DNA of 62,878 bases, the filler included, from Candidatus Rokuibacteriota bacterium (GTDB lineage Bacteria > JAUVQV01 > DATDCY01), in NCBI GenBank assembly GCA_031406795.1. It is 7 parts of 7 records of this genome, joined end to end, with 100 filler letters (N's around TTAATTAATTAA, not from the genome) between each part and the next. Parts side by side here need not be neighbours in the genome. Positions count along the whole stretch, not along the records: positions 9,000 to 15,752 come from JANOHV010000260.1; positions 15,853 to 36,865 come from JANOHV010000006.1; 5 more parts are not named here. The stretch is one strand, 5' to 3'. The notes under the pieces are model-generated. The model was not told where the DNA came from and searched no databases. It saw only the letters and a list, made by a program, of their open reading frames with translations. Numbering within the stretch: position 1 is the stretch's first letter; each line of letters begins with the position of its first letter. Shown piece by piece: positions 9,273-18,144 of the stretch. The translations under genes were made by a program, and so were the position numbers.

Positions 9273-10348
9273 TGAGGAGCGAACGCTGGACGTATCGCAA
9301 GGCCGGAGTCGACATCGCCGCCGGCAACGAGGCGGTTCGACTGCTCGCGCCGCTGGCGGCCGCCACCCGCCGCGCCGGAGTGCTCGGCGGCATCGGCGGG
9401 TTCGGGGGACTGTTCGCGCTGCCGCCGCGCCTGAAGCGCCCCGTGCTGGTGGCCGCCACCGACGGGGTCGGCACCAAGCTCAAGATCGCCTTCGCGCTGG
9501 ACCGCCACGACACCGTCGGCATCGACCTGGTGGCGATGTCGGTGAACGACATCCTGGTCCAGGGGGCCGAACCGCTCTTCTTTCTCGACTACATCGCCTG
9601 CGGCAAGCTGCGCCCGGGGCGCATCGCCGAACTCGTCAAGGGAATCGCCGACGGCTGCCTGCAGGCCGGGTGCGCGCTGCTCGGCGGCGAGACGGCCGAA
9701 ATGCCCGGCTTCTACCAGCCCGGCGAGTACGATCTGGCGGGGTTCGCCGTCGGCGCGGCTGAGCGCAAGGATCTGATCGACGGCAGCGGCATCCGCCCCG
9801 GCGACGTGTTGCTCGGTCTGCCGTCGAGCGGCCTGCACAGCAACGGCTACAGCCTCGCGCGCGCCGTCGTCGAGGCCCGCTGGGGCGCGGGCGCCTGGCG
9901 GCGCAAGGTGCCCGGCGACGGTCGGAGCATCGGCGAGGCGTTTCTCGCGCCGACGCGCATCTACGTCAAGCCGGTGCTCGGGCTGCTCAAGCGCTTCGCG
10001 GTCGGCGGCATCGTGCACCTGACCGGCGGCGGCTGGACCGAGAACATCCCGCGCGTGCTGCCGGCCGGGTGCGCCGCGGCGGTCGAGTTGGGCTCCTGGC
10101 CCGTGCCGCCGCTGTTCGCGCTGCTCGAGAGCGAGGGGAGGATCGGCCGCGAGGAGATGCTGCGCACCTTCAACCTCGGCATCGGATTGATTCTCATCGT
10201 GCGTCCCCGGGTCGCCGAGGGGCTGCAGAGTGCCCTGCGCCGCCGGGGCGAGGCCTGCCACGTCGTCGGCGCGATCGTCAAGGGCCGCCGCCGGGTGCTC
10301 TATCGCGAGCGCCCGAGCGCGAAGGCCGCCACGCGGACTGCGCGGTGA
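9272..10348 (+). CDS. purM: Phosphoribosylformylglycinamidine cyclo-ligase
   Basis: YRKAGVDI, GGFGG, TDGVGTK, GGETAEMP, SSGLHSNGYS, TFNLGIG. Confidence 0.97.
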   Translation: MRSERWTYRKAGVDIAAGNEAVRLLAPLAAATRRAGVLGGIGGFGGLFALPPRLKRPVLVAATDGVGTKLKIAFALDRHDTVGIDLVAMSVNDILVQGAEPLFFLDYIACGKLRPGRIAELVKGIADGCLQAGCALLGGETAEMPGFYQPGEYDLAGFAVGAAERKDLIDGSGIRPGDVLLGLPSSGLHSNGYSLARAVVEARWGAGAWRRKVPGDGRSIGEAFLAPTRIYVKPVLGLLKRFAVGGIVHLTGGGWTENIPRVLPAGCAAAVELGSWPVPPLFALLESEGRIGREEMLRTFNLGIGLILIVRPRVAEGLQSALRRRGEACHVVGAIVKGRRRVLYRERPSAKAATRTAR

Positions 10349-11022
10349 CCGCGCGACTGCTCCCCCTCGGGGTGCTCGCCTCCGGCCGGGGATCGAATCT
10401 CCAGGCGATTCTCGACGAGGTCTCCTCCGGGCGACTGGCCGCCGCGGTGCGGGTGGTCGTCAGCGACGTCGAGGATGCGTTCGCGCTCGAACGCGCCCGC
10501 CGCGCCGGCGTGCCCGCGGTTTTCGTCGACCCGCGGGACCCCGGTGGAAAAGCGGTTTACGAACGCGCGCTCGTCGGCGTCCTGAACGGGCACGGCGTCG
10601 AGCTGGTGGCCCTCGCCGGCTACATGCGCATCTGCGGACCGACCCTCCTCGCGGCCTTCCCGGGGCACATTCTCAACATCCATCCTTCGCTGCTGCCCGC
10701 GTTCCCGGGCTTGCACGTGCAGCGCGCGGCCCTCGAGCACGGGGCGCGCTTTTCGGGGTGCACCGTTCATTTCGTCGACGCAGGCGTGGACACCGGCCCG
10801 ATCATCGCGCAGGCGGTGGTCCCGGTGCTCGACGCCGACACCGAGGAGACGCTCGCCGCGCGCATCCTGCGTCAGGAGCATCGGGTCTACCCGCACGCGA
10901 TCCGCCTGTTCGCCGAGGGGCGCCTGCGCCTCGCCGGCCGACGGGTGCTCGTGAACGCGCCGGCCCCCGGCGCCGGCGACGCCGCGCTCGTTCATCCGCC
11001 GCTGCCGGCAGAAATCCTTTGA
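10345..11022 (+). CDS. purN: Phosphoribosylglycinamide formyltransferase
   Basis: GTGA overlap with purM; LASGRGSNLQA, LAGYMRI, NIHPSLLP, GCTVHFV, DTGPII. Confidence 0.97.
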   Translation: MTARLLPLGVLASGRGSNLQAILDEVSSGRLAAAVRVVVSDVEDAFALERARRAGVPAVFVDPRDPGGKAVYERALVGVLNGHGVELVALAGYMRICGPTLLAAFPGHILNIHPSLLPAFPGLHVQRAALEHGARFSGCTVHFVDAGVDTGPIIAQAVVPVLDADTEETLAARILRQEHRVYPHAIRLFAEGRLRLAGRRVLVNAPAPGAGDAALVHPPLPAEIL

Positions 11023-11056
11023 TGGTTCCACGCTTACGCGCGGAACTGGGGCCAGC

Positions 11057-11764
11057 GTGATACCGCTTCGAGACACCATCCCGAGCCGGACCTTTCCGTG
11101 GGTGACGATTGCTCTGATCTGCGCGAACGTCCTGGTCTTCCTTCACCAGATCAGTCTCGGCTCGCGGCAGGGCGCGGCATTCGTCGCAGTCTTCGGCGCG
11201 GTGCCGGCGCAGTTCACCGGCGCGGCGGTGCACGCGGCTCCCGCGCTCGCGCCCGGCCTGACCATCGCGACCTCGATGTTCCTGCACGGCGGGGTGCTGC
11301 ACCTGCTCGGCAACATGGTGTTTCTGTGGATCTTCGGCAACAACGTCGAGGATGCGACCGGCCACCTGCGGTTCATCGCCTTCTATCTGGTCTGCGGCAC
11401 CGCTGCCGCGCTGGCGCACATCGCCACCAACCCCGCCTCGAACGTGCCGATGGTCGGCGCGAGCGGCGCGATCTCGGGCGTGCTCGGCGCCTATTTCCTG
11501 CTCTACCCCCACGCCAGGATCGTGACCCTGCTCTGGTTCGGCTTCTTCGCCCAGACCGTGCAGATACCGGCCTTCATCTTCCTCGGTTTCTGGTTTCTGG
11601 CGCAGTTTTTCTCCTGGACTTTCAGCGGCGGCAGCGGCGGGGGCGGCGGCGTCGCCTTCGCCGCGCACCTCGGGGGGTTCCTCGCGGGCCTGCTGCTGCT
11701 GGTCCCGTTCAAGCAGCGCCGGGTCCGCCTCTGGAGCCAGACGACCGGGGATGGCGCCTTATGA
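11057..11764 (+). CDS. Rhomboid family intramembrane serine protease
   Basis: SMFLHGG, HLLGNM, GASGAISG (Ser), AHLGG (His). Confidence 0.94.
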   Translation: MIPLRDTIPSRTFPWVTIALICANVLVFLHQISLGSRQGAAFVAVFGAVPAQFTGAAVHAAPALAPGLTIATSMFLHGGVLHLLGNMVFLWIFGNNVEDATGHLRFIAFYLVCGTAAALAHIATNPASNVPMVGASGAISGVLGAYFLLYPHARIVTLLWFGFFAQTVQIPAFIFLGFWFLAQFFSWTFSGGSGGGGGVAFAAHLGGFLAGLLLLVPFKQRRVRLWSQTTGDGAL

Positions 11765-11831
11765 ATTATTTCCCCAGCACTTTCATCAGCTGCACAAGCC
11801 GCTGTAGTCTTGCGGGCGAGGCGCCCGCGAT

Positions 11832-13226
11832 ATGAGCGGCACCTATCACCTCGCGGTGCTGGGGGACCACCTCGGCGGTCTGGCCGCCGCGGCCCTCGCG
11901 GCGCGCCGCGGGCAGCGGGTGCTGCTGCTCGAGACCGCGGCCGCCGACTCGGTGCGCCCGTTCGAACAGCTCAACGCGCTGTGCGGGGGGCCCGAGGCGG
12001 ACACGGGGCTCGGCCGTCTCTTTCAGCAGCTGGGGCTCGCCCCCTTCGGGCCGCAGGGGGACGACCGGATCCACTTCCACGCGCTGGTCACCCCGCTGCA
12101 GATCTGCCTGCCGGACCACCGCTTCAGTCTGCACGCCGACCGCACTGCCCGGACCTGGGAGCTGCAGCGCGAGTTCGGCGACGCCCAGCGCGCGCTGCCG
12201 CCGATCTGGCAGCGCGAGGAGGATCTGCGCGAAAAACTCGACCGTATCGGTCCCCAGGCGGGCGACGCCAACGCGGCGCTGATCGGGCGGGCGCTGGCGA
12301 GCGTCTCGGGGTTCGTGCGGCTGCAGGCGCTCGAGCGCGAAACACTCCGGCCGGGATTCGGCGAATTTCTCGACGAGCAGGGGCTGACCCCGGCGTTGCG
12401 CGCTACGCTCCTCGCGCAGGCGCAGGCGGTCGTGCGCCGCCCCCCCGACGATCTGAGCTGGGCCGAGGGGGTGCGCGCGCTGCGCGCGGCCAACGGGGGC
12501 CTTTACCGCAATGCGGCGGGGCAGGGCGGCGTGCTGGTCGGCCTGCGCGCTTCGCTGGTTTCGACCGGCGGCGATCTGCGGCCGCTCGTCGCGCTCGAGG
12601 GCATCGACGTCCCGCGCACCGGCGGCGCGCGGCTGCACCTGGCCGCCGGCGGCACAGTCAAGGCCGATCGCGTGATCGTCGACCTGCCGCTCGCCGAGGG
12701 GCAGCGCCTGATTCCCGCCGAGTCGCTGCGTACGCTCGCCCGCAAGGGGCTCGAGGAGCGCGAGGAACGGTCCTATGGGCTGCTGGAGCTGACGCTGGCG
12801 CCCGGCCGGCGGCCGATCGGCATGGGCACCTATCTCGTGATCGCCGCGGGCGGCGAGGATCCGGGCGGCCCCTCCGTGCTGGTTGCGGTCGCCGACGAGG
12901 CGGATGACGGCCGGTGCGCACTGGAAGCGCTCGGCTTCTTCACGCCGGCGGCGGCGGCCGGCGCCCGGGAGCAGCTGCTCGCGCGCGTGCGGACGATCAT
13001 GCCATTCCTCGACGAGAGCCTGGTCGGCGAACCGGTCCTGCGCACGGGTCCGGCGCCGCGTTTCTCGCAGGAGCGCCTCGACCGCGCGCAGCGCGAGGAG
13101 CGGCTCGCCACGGGGTGGCGCACTTCGATCTTCCACCAGCCGCCCTTCACGTTCCTGCGCAATGAAGACTACGCGTCCGTCGGCCTCGCCGAAGGCCTCA
13201 GCTCGGGCCTCATCGCTCTCGCCTGA
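11832..13226 (+). CDS. Putative FAD-dependent oxidoreductase (phytoene dehydrogenase-like, divergent)
   Basis: N-terminal Rossmann-like LAVLGDHLGGLAAAALAARRGQRVLLLE; host-like codon usage. Confidence 0.6.
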   Translation: MSGTYHLAVLGDHLGGLAAAALAARRGQRVLLLETAAADSVRPFEQLNALCGGPEADTGLGRLFQQLGLAPFGPQGDDRIHFHALVTPLQICLPDHRFSLHADRTARTWELQREFGDAQRALPPIWQREEDLREKLDRIGPQAGDANAALIGRALASVSGFVRLQALERETLRPGFGEFLDEQGLTPALRATLLAQAQAVVRRPPDDLSWAEGVRALRAANGGLYRNAAGQGGVLVGLRASLVSTGGDLRPLVALEGIDVPRTGGARLHLAAGGTVKADRVIVDLPLAEGQRLIPAESLRTLARKGLEEREERSYGLLELTLAPGRRPIGMGTYLVIAAGGEDPGGPSVLVAVADEADDGRCALEALGFFTPAAAAGAREQLLARVRTIMPFLDESLVGEPVLRTGPAPRFSQERLDRAQREERLATGWRTSIFHQPPFTFLRNEDYASVGLAEGLSSGLIALA

Positions 13227-13323
13227 CAGCACCGCTTCTGCTTCGCCTCGCCTGAATCGGCGGGGTTGATCCGCTCGACCCGGCTTCGAACCCCGCGCAT
13301 GTAGATTAGAAAAAAATTAATAA

Positions 13324-13341
13324 ACGTGACCCCGGTCACGT
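13324..13341. promoter_or_regulatory. CRP/FNR-family-like operator upstream of the cytochrome c gene
   Basis: Inverted repeat ACGTGAC-CCCG-GTCACGT (CGTGA-N6-TCACG), AT-rich upstream, candidate -10 TATGTT at 13362. Confidence 0.55.
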
Positions 13342-13531
13342 CGCGACTCGTCGAGTGTCGATATGTTTAGCACGCAAGAAGACGAGGAAAGAAGGAGAGC
13401 GGGAGAGAGCGATGATTGAATCGAAGAAACGAAAAGGAGGGTCTATAGAGTTGCTCAAGACAAGGAGTTTCGCAGATGCCGAGTTCGCCAGAAGCGAGAT
13501 TGGCAACAACACGAAAAAAGGAGACCGCAGG

Positions 13532-14002
13532 ATGATGAACAAAGCCAGGAAGATCGTTGCAGTTTGCTGTTTCAGCAGCTTGATGGTCGCGGGGCTCGCT
13601 ACCTCGGGTCTTGCCGATTCCCGGGAGCGGGAGAACAACCGGAGCCGCAGTCGCGACAGCTCGGATCGGGATCGCCCCGGCCGTGGTGGTTCGGACCGTG
13701 ATCGTTCGGATCGGGATCGTTCGGATCGGGATCATTCGGACCGGGATGATCAGACTCAGAATCCGAACCCGAATCCCCCGCCTCCGCCCCCGCCTCCGCC
13801 GCCGCCACCGCCCCCGCCCCCGCCTCCGCCCGTGGTCAAGACGTGGGCGCTGTATAACCAGTACTGCTCCAGTTGCCACGGTTCATCGAAGCAGGGAAGC
13901 TCCGCTTCCGCGACCCAGTCCGCCATCAGCAGCAACCGCGGCGGTATGGGCTCCCTGAGTCTGACTTCCGCGCAGCTCTCCGCGCTGGCGGCCGGTCAGT
14001 AA
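13532..14002 (+). CDS. Exported monoheme cytochrome c with SDRDR repeats and poly-Pro linker
   Basis: AAGGAG RBS; signal-peptide-like N-terminus; CSSCH heme motif and distal GGM; 18-Pro run. Confidence 0.85.
   Translation: MMNKARKIVAVCCFSSLMVAGLATSGLADSRERENNRSRSRDSSDRDRPGRGGSDRDRSDRDRSDRDHSDRDDQTQNPNPNPPPPPPPPPPPPPPPPPPPVVKTWALYNQYCSSCHGSSKQGSSASATQSAISSNRGGMGSLSLTSAQLSALAAGQ
13691..13750 (+). repeat. 15-bp coding tandem repeat x4 (SDRD[R/H/D])
   Basis: TCGGAYCGKGATSRT units at 13691, 13706, 13721, 13736; a further copy at 13662. Confidence 0.9.
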
Positions 14003-14017
14003 GAATCAATTCTCACC

Positions 14018-14057
14018 GGGCCCTCCTCCTTGATCGGGGGAGGGCCCTTCTTTTTTT
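14018..14057 (+). terminator. Intrinsic terminator
   Basis: GGGCCCTCCTCC / GGGGGAGGGCCC hairpin then TTCTTTTTTT, between convergent genes. Confidence 0.85.
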
Positions 14058-14066
14058 CCACGGTTG

Positions 14067-15626
14067 TTACTTGCCCGGGTCCTCCATCTTCCCCATCAGT
14101 TTGCCCGGGCTGGAGGTGTCGAGATGCACCCCCATCCGGTCGAGAAGCTCACCCGTGTCGCGCCAGAGCCTTGCAACACCATTTGCAAATCCCTCCAGCG
14201 CGTCCAGCTGGGCATTGCGGGCGGCAGTCGCGTCGTTTTCCGCGGTGATGACCTCCTGAACGGTGGCGGTTCCCGCGCTGTTGCTCTTGCGGTATTCCTC
14301 GAGGCGCTGCTCCGCGAATTGCGCGGAGGTGTCGGCCGTCCGTATTTGTAACCGCGCCGAGATCAGCGCCCGCAGGTCCGCCTCGACATCGTTCTGAATC
14401 AGCCATGACAGTGCCTGGATCTGGTTCTGCAACTGCTCGGTCCGGAGCTTGTTCTTTCGGTAATCGTTCTCCGCGAAGGTGTTGCCCAGCGGCACATTGA
14501 GTTCCACGCCGGCGGACCAGAAGGTTCCCGGGTCTTCTCCAACCTGCTGATAACTGCCCTCGAAGTTCTTTCCGCTGCCGGTCAGTCCGCCGCTGACAAA
14601 TACGAAAAGGTCGGGCAGCACCTGGTGCTTTGCAACCCGCTCCTGCAGCTGGCTCATCTTCAACGCGCGGCGGAGCCGATTCAGGTCCGGACGAAATTCG
14701 AGCGCCGCCTGCACCGCCTGCTCCTGCGTTCCCGACGGCTCCTCCCGGGAAGGAGGATCGACGGGGACGATCTGCGTCTTTGTTTCGAGGCCGATCAGGT
14801 AACGAAAACCCGCCATCTGGTCGCTGACACTGCGCTCCGCGTCCACCAGGTCTTTGCGCCGTTGGGTCAGCGCAAATTCCGCGTTGGCAATTTCCAGCCT
14901 CTGGAGCGGCCCCGATTTCTTCGCTCGAATCCTGTCCAGGAGGCTCTGCGCCGACTCCAGGGCCGCCACCCGCGAATCCAGGACTCTTCGCAGCACATAA
15001 AGCCGATGGTACGAGGTGATGACGGCGAAAACCGTGTCGGTCGCTGTGGAACGGAAGCGTTCGAGGGAATCCTGCAGCGCGCTGCCGGCCAGCGTAATGT
15101 TGACCTCCGTCGTCTCCTTGCCGGCAAATTTCAGGAGCGGTTGAGAAAGCGTGATGCCCACCGAGGACCCCCAATTCGTGGTGGCCCCGGCGTCGCCTCC
15201 GGGATCGGAGGTCGTGTAGCCGGCACGGATATCGACGGCGGCGTCTCCGCCCGTCGAGAACAACCGCGACACGCCGAGGGAGGCGGATGGGCTGCTGGTG
15301 CGGAAGGTCGAGCTTCCCGAATCCCTGGTCTCTCCGCCGCGGACGGAGGCGTTGACGAGGGTGTCGTAGATCCCGCGGCTCCTCGCCACGTCCGTCTCGC
15401 TCATCGCGGAATTGAGGACCTCGATCCGCAGGTCGGGGTTCTTGCCGAGCGCCATCGCTACGGCGAACCCCCGCGACATGGCGATCCTGTCGGGCATGTT
15501 CTCGCAGAGGCCTTCGCCGGCGGCGAGCAGAGTGACGCCGAAGACGAGCGCCCGCAGCGCCGGCATCATCACGTTCGCGTTCGAGCACCTGCTGCGGTCG
15601 CTCAAGAAGAAATCACGCGCTTTCAT
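14067..15626 (-). CDS. TolC-family outer membrane protein
   Basis: Two OEP-like repeats (ALGKNPDL..LSQPLL; ALEFRPDL..LNVPLG); GAGGAGG RBS before ATG at 15626. Confidence 0.88.
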   Translation of the reverse strand: MKARDFFLSDRSRCSNANVMMPALRALVFGVTLLAAGEGLCENMPDRIAMSRGFAVAMALGKNPDLRIEVLNSAMSETDVARSRGIYDTLVNASVRGGETRDSGSSTFRTSSPSASLGVSRLFSTGGDAAVDIRAGYTTSDPGGDAGATTNWGSSVGITLSQPLLKFAGKETTEVNITLAGSALQDSLERFRSTATDTVFAVITSYHRLYVLRRVLDSRVAALESAQSLLDRIRAKKSGPLQRLEIANAEFALTQRRKDLVDAERSVSDQMAGFRYLIGLETKTQIVPVDPPSREEPSGTQEQAVQAALEFRPDLNRLRRALKMSQLQERVAKHQVLPDLFVFVSGGLTGSGKNFEGSYQQVGEDPGTFWSAGVELNVPLGNTFAENDYRKNKLRTEQLQNQIQALSWLIQNDVEADLRALISARLQIRTADTSAQFAEQRLEEYRKSNSAGTATVQEVITAENDATAARNAQLDALEGFANGVARLWRDTGELLDRMGVHLDTSSPGKLMGKMEDPGK

Positions 15627-15752
15627 CGGCCACCTCCTCGAATGGGCCAGCAAACTCACCTGCAAGCGTCAGTGGGGATATCCTGAGTGATACCTCCAAT
15701 TTCGGGCGAAGGCAAGAGGGGTCGGCGCGGCCGGGCCCGTCTTGACTCCGGC

Positions 15753-15852
15753 NNNNNNNNNNNNNNNNNNNNNNNNNNNNNNNNNNNNNNNNNNNNTTAA
15801 TTAATTAANNNNNNNNNNNNNNNNNNNNNNNNNNNNNNNNNNNNNNNNNNNN
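15753..15852. other. Artificial contig linker
   Basis: N-run with TTAATTAATTAA. Confidence 0.99.
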
Positions 15853-15921
15853 CTGGGCCTTTGGGAGAAGAAAACCATCGAAGCCGTCTTTCCAGGGGAA
15901 AATGACGAAGACTCGTAACGA

Positions 15922-16248
15922 TTGATTCTTACGCGCTTATCTGCCCATGGAAATTGCCAAGATATCGAGCCCGAGATGTGCGGAATGAGAGTCAAGAGTG
16001 CGCCGAAAAAGGCTGAATATGACGTGGCTGACGACGAACTGTACGTGGACGTCGAGTGGCTTACACCCATCCCGCAAAGCGTCGGCGAGGAGATTCCACA
16101 CATCTCGTTCGGCTCCGTTCAAGAGATCACGAACAAGTCGTTCTACTGGGCGAGAATCGACAAGCGGCCCTTCCTCACAAAGGACGAATCAGAGCGGCTG
16201 GTCCAACACATGAGGGAGAAGTTGACGTCGAACCAGATGAATACCTGA
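15922..16248 (+). CDS. Hypothetical protein or gene remnant at island edge
   Basis: 108-codon lower-GC ORF with a weak TTG start; no family recognised. Confidence 0.35.
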   Translation: MILTRLSAHGNCQDIEPEMCGMRVKSAPKKAEYDVADDELYVDVEWLTPIPQSVGEEIPHISFGSVQEITNKSFYWARIDKRPFLTKDESERLVQHMREKLTSNQMNT

Positions 16249-16409
16249 TCGCGGCAAATCGAAAGATAATCTTTACCTTCCGCAATCGACTTCTGGACAA
16301 CTCTTCACGAGAGGAGATCCATCTTGGCTTTCGATGCATCCTGGTTCGACGAACTGCGAGGCCAGTCTGAGGAAAAATGTCGTTTGACGATGATGCGTGG
16401 GATAGACGG

Positions 16410-16712
16410 CTACGTGCCGAACGTGGGGGAGTTCCCAGCGGGCGTGCGTTTGACTTTGCGCCAGGTTTCCTCGTAGATCGTTTGCCGCGGGCCGACGGCG
16501 ACGACTTCGATGACGGCGCCGGCGAGCCGGTAGATGATCCGGAATCGGGCGATGCGGCAGCTGCGCAGACCGGCCAGTTCCTCGCGCAGCGCTTTGCCGA
16601 CGGTCGGATCAGCGAGGATGTCGTCGAGCGCCGAGCGGACCTTGCGCTTGAGGTCCGGGTGGAGGCCCCGGATCAGCTCGGCCACGTCGTCGGGGATTCG
16701 CAGGCGGCGCAT
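16410..16712 (-). CDS. RelE/ParE family toxin
   Basis: DPTVGKALREELAGLRSCRIARFRIIY..VAVGPRQTIY; downstream of a Phd antitoxin. Confidence 0.9.
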   Translation of the reverse strand: MRRLRIPDDVAELIRGLHPDLKRKVRSALDDILADPTVGKALREELAGLRSCRIARFRIIYRLAGAVIEVVAVGPRQTIYEETWRKVKRTPAGNSPTFGT

Positions 16713-16724
16713 CGGCGGCGCCGG

Positions 16725-16988
16725 TCAGACGGAGAACAGCTCGTCCAGGGTGTAGAGCTTCGCCTTGCCGCGCTCTAGGGCGGCGAGCCCGCGGCGCACC
16801 TCGGCGACGAGCTCGGCGCTGGCGCGGACGGCGGCGGTCTCTTTCCAGCTCTCGAATTCCTCGGGGCTCACGAGAACCGCCGCCGCGCGGCCATTGCGGG
16901 TGATCACGATCTCCTCGTCGTGCCCCGCGACGGCGTCGAGCAGACTGCTGAGTTTCGCCTTGGCCTCGGAGAGCGGTACCGTCTTCAT
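16725..16988 (-). CDS. Phd/YefM family antitoxin
   Basis: MKTVPLSEAKAKLSSLL..IVITRNGRAAAVLVS; GAGG RBS. Confidence 0.92.
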   Translation of the reverse strand: MKTVPLSEAKAKLSSLLDAVAGHDEEIVITRNGRAAAVLVSPEEFESWKETAAVRASAELVAEVRRGLAALERGKAKLYTLDELFSV

Positions 16989-17002
16989 CGCGTGCACCTC
17001 AT

Positions 17003-17050
17003 ATTGGTCAGAATTGTGACCAATGTAGGCGCGTACGCCGGGCTTGTCAA
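17003..17050 (-). promoter_or_regulatory. Promoter and operator of phd-relE
   Basis: TTGACA-N17-TACATT on the minus strand; IR ATTGGTCA-N6-TGACCAAT (17003-17024) overlaps the -10. Confidence 0.8.
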
Positions 17051-17059
17051 ACGGGGGTC

Positions 17060-17079
17060 GGCGACTCATCTTGACGGCA
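17060..17079 (+). repeat. 20-bp direct repeat, left copy
   Basis: GGCGACTCATCTTGACGGCA, identical to 20584-20603. Confidence 0.9.
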
Positions 17080-17153
17080 TCCAGCGAGTAACGCCGACAA
17101 TCGCAGATCAGCGCCCCCGGTACTTGCCGGTTGATAATCGAGTCGCTCGAGAC

Positions 17154-17177
17154 TATAGTCAGTCTAGTCAGACTATA
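17154..17177. promoter_or_regulatory. Probable autoregulatory operator of phd-vapC
   Basis: TATAGTC-N10-GACTATA inverted repeat just before the RBS. Confidence 0.6.
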
Positions 17178-17188
17178 CGGAGGATGCT

Positions 17189-17440
17189 ATGAAACGGAGC
17201 TGGCAGCTGCAGGAAGCGAAAGCTCGCTTGAGCGAGGTCGTCAAGACTGCCGCCAGGGAAGGGCCCCAGGTGATCACCGTCCGCGGCGAGACGGCGGCCG
17301 TTCTGATCTCGGGAAAGGACTTTGCGCGACTCACGAAGTCGAAACCTGATTTCGTGGCTTTCATGCGCCACTCGCCCCTCGCGGGAGTGGACATCAAGCT
17401 TGCGAGGGATCGATCCACGGACCGTCCGGTGGAGTTGTGA
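17189..17440 (+). CDS. Phd/YefM family antitoxin
   Basis: WQLQEAKARLSEVV..GPQVITVRGETAAV. Confidence 0.92.
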   Translation: MKRSWQLQEAKARLSEVVKTAAREGPQVITVRGETAAVLISGKDFARLTKSKPDFVAFMRHSPLAGVDIKLARDRSTDRPVEL

Positions 17441-17865
17441 GCTACCTCGTCGACACGAACGTCGTCGCCGAACTCGCGCGGCGCGAACCGAATCCACGGG
17501 TGACTGCCTGGTTCCGCGAAGTTCCGGATGCGACGCTTCACCTCAGCGTGCTGACGCTCGGCGAGTTGAGGAAAGGTGTCGAGTCTCTGTCCGATGGCAG
17601 GAGGAGGGAGCGTCTGAGGGTCTGGCTGGAGAACGACCTCGCGGAGTGGTTCGGTGATCGGCTGCTGCCGGTCTCGGCCGGCGTGGCGGATCGTTGGGGT
17701 CGATTGCTGGCCCAGGCCGGGCGCCCGATCCCGGCGATCGACAGCCTCCTTGCGGCAACCGCGCTGCATCACGGCCTGCGGGTGGTGACAAGGAACGAAA
17801 AGGATTTCGTCTTCCCGGGGCTGGATGTCGTCAATCCGTGGGCCAGCGCATCTCCTCTGCCGTGA
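17437..17865 (+). CDS. vapC: VapC PIN-domain toxin
   Basis: YLVDTNVVAE, GELRKG, DSLLAATA, VTRNEKDF; GTGA overlap with the antitoxin. Confidence 0.93.
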   Translation: MSYLVDTNVVAELARREPNPRVTAWFREVPDATLHLSVLTLGELRKGVESLSDGRRRERLRVWLENDLAEWFGDRLLPVSAGVADRWGRLLAQAGRPIPAIDSLLAATALHHGLRVVTRNEKDFVFPGLDVVNPWASASPLP

Positions 17866-18023
17866 CGAAAGCCAGCGGCGCCCGCGGAACGTGCAGTGGT
17901 GACGGCCATCGGCCACTTCGAGCGCACCGGCACCAGCCCGGTTTGCCATGAGGAGGTCAGCCTGGAGATGCTCCTCGCGCGGGTGACCGAGAGAACACCA
18001 TCGCCGCACGTTTAGCCTTTCGC

Positions 18024-18056
18024 GTGTCCAATTCTGTCACACCTTGCTGTTACCTT
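18024..18056 (+). promoter_or_regulatory. Putative WYL-regulator operator/promoter of the DUF262 gene
   Basis: GTGTCCAATTCTGTCACACCT-N6-TACCTT; 19/21 identical to the reverse complement of 28096-28116. Confidence 0.75.
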
Positions 18057-18144
18057 CCGCAATGCCAAGTGATCACCTGGAGCAGTGCGACCCGGCAGAT
18101 AATGGACCCGGCTGCCGGAATCAGGTCAAACGGAGGGTCAGGAA

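Noticed and set aside
13370-13531. Possible c-di-GMP riboswitch in the cytochrome c leader
   Set aside because: No GEMM core (GGCAAA..GAAA..CGCAAA) found.
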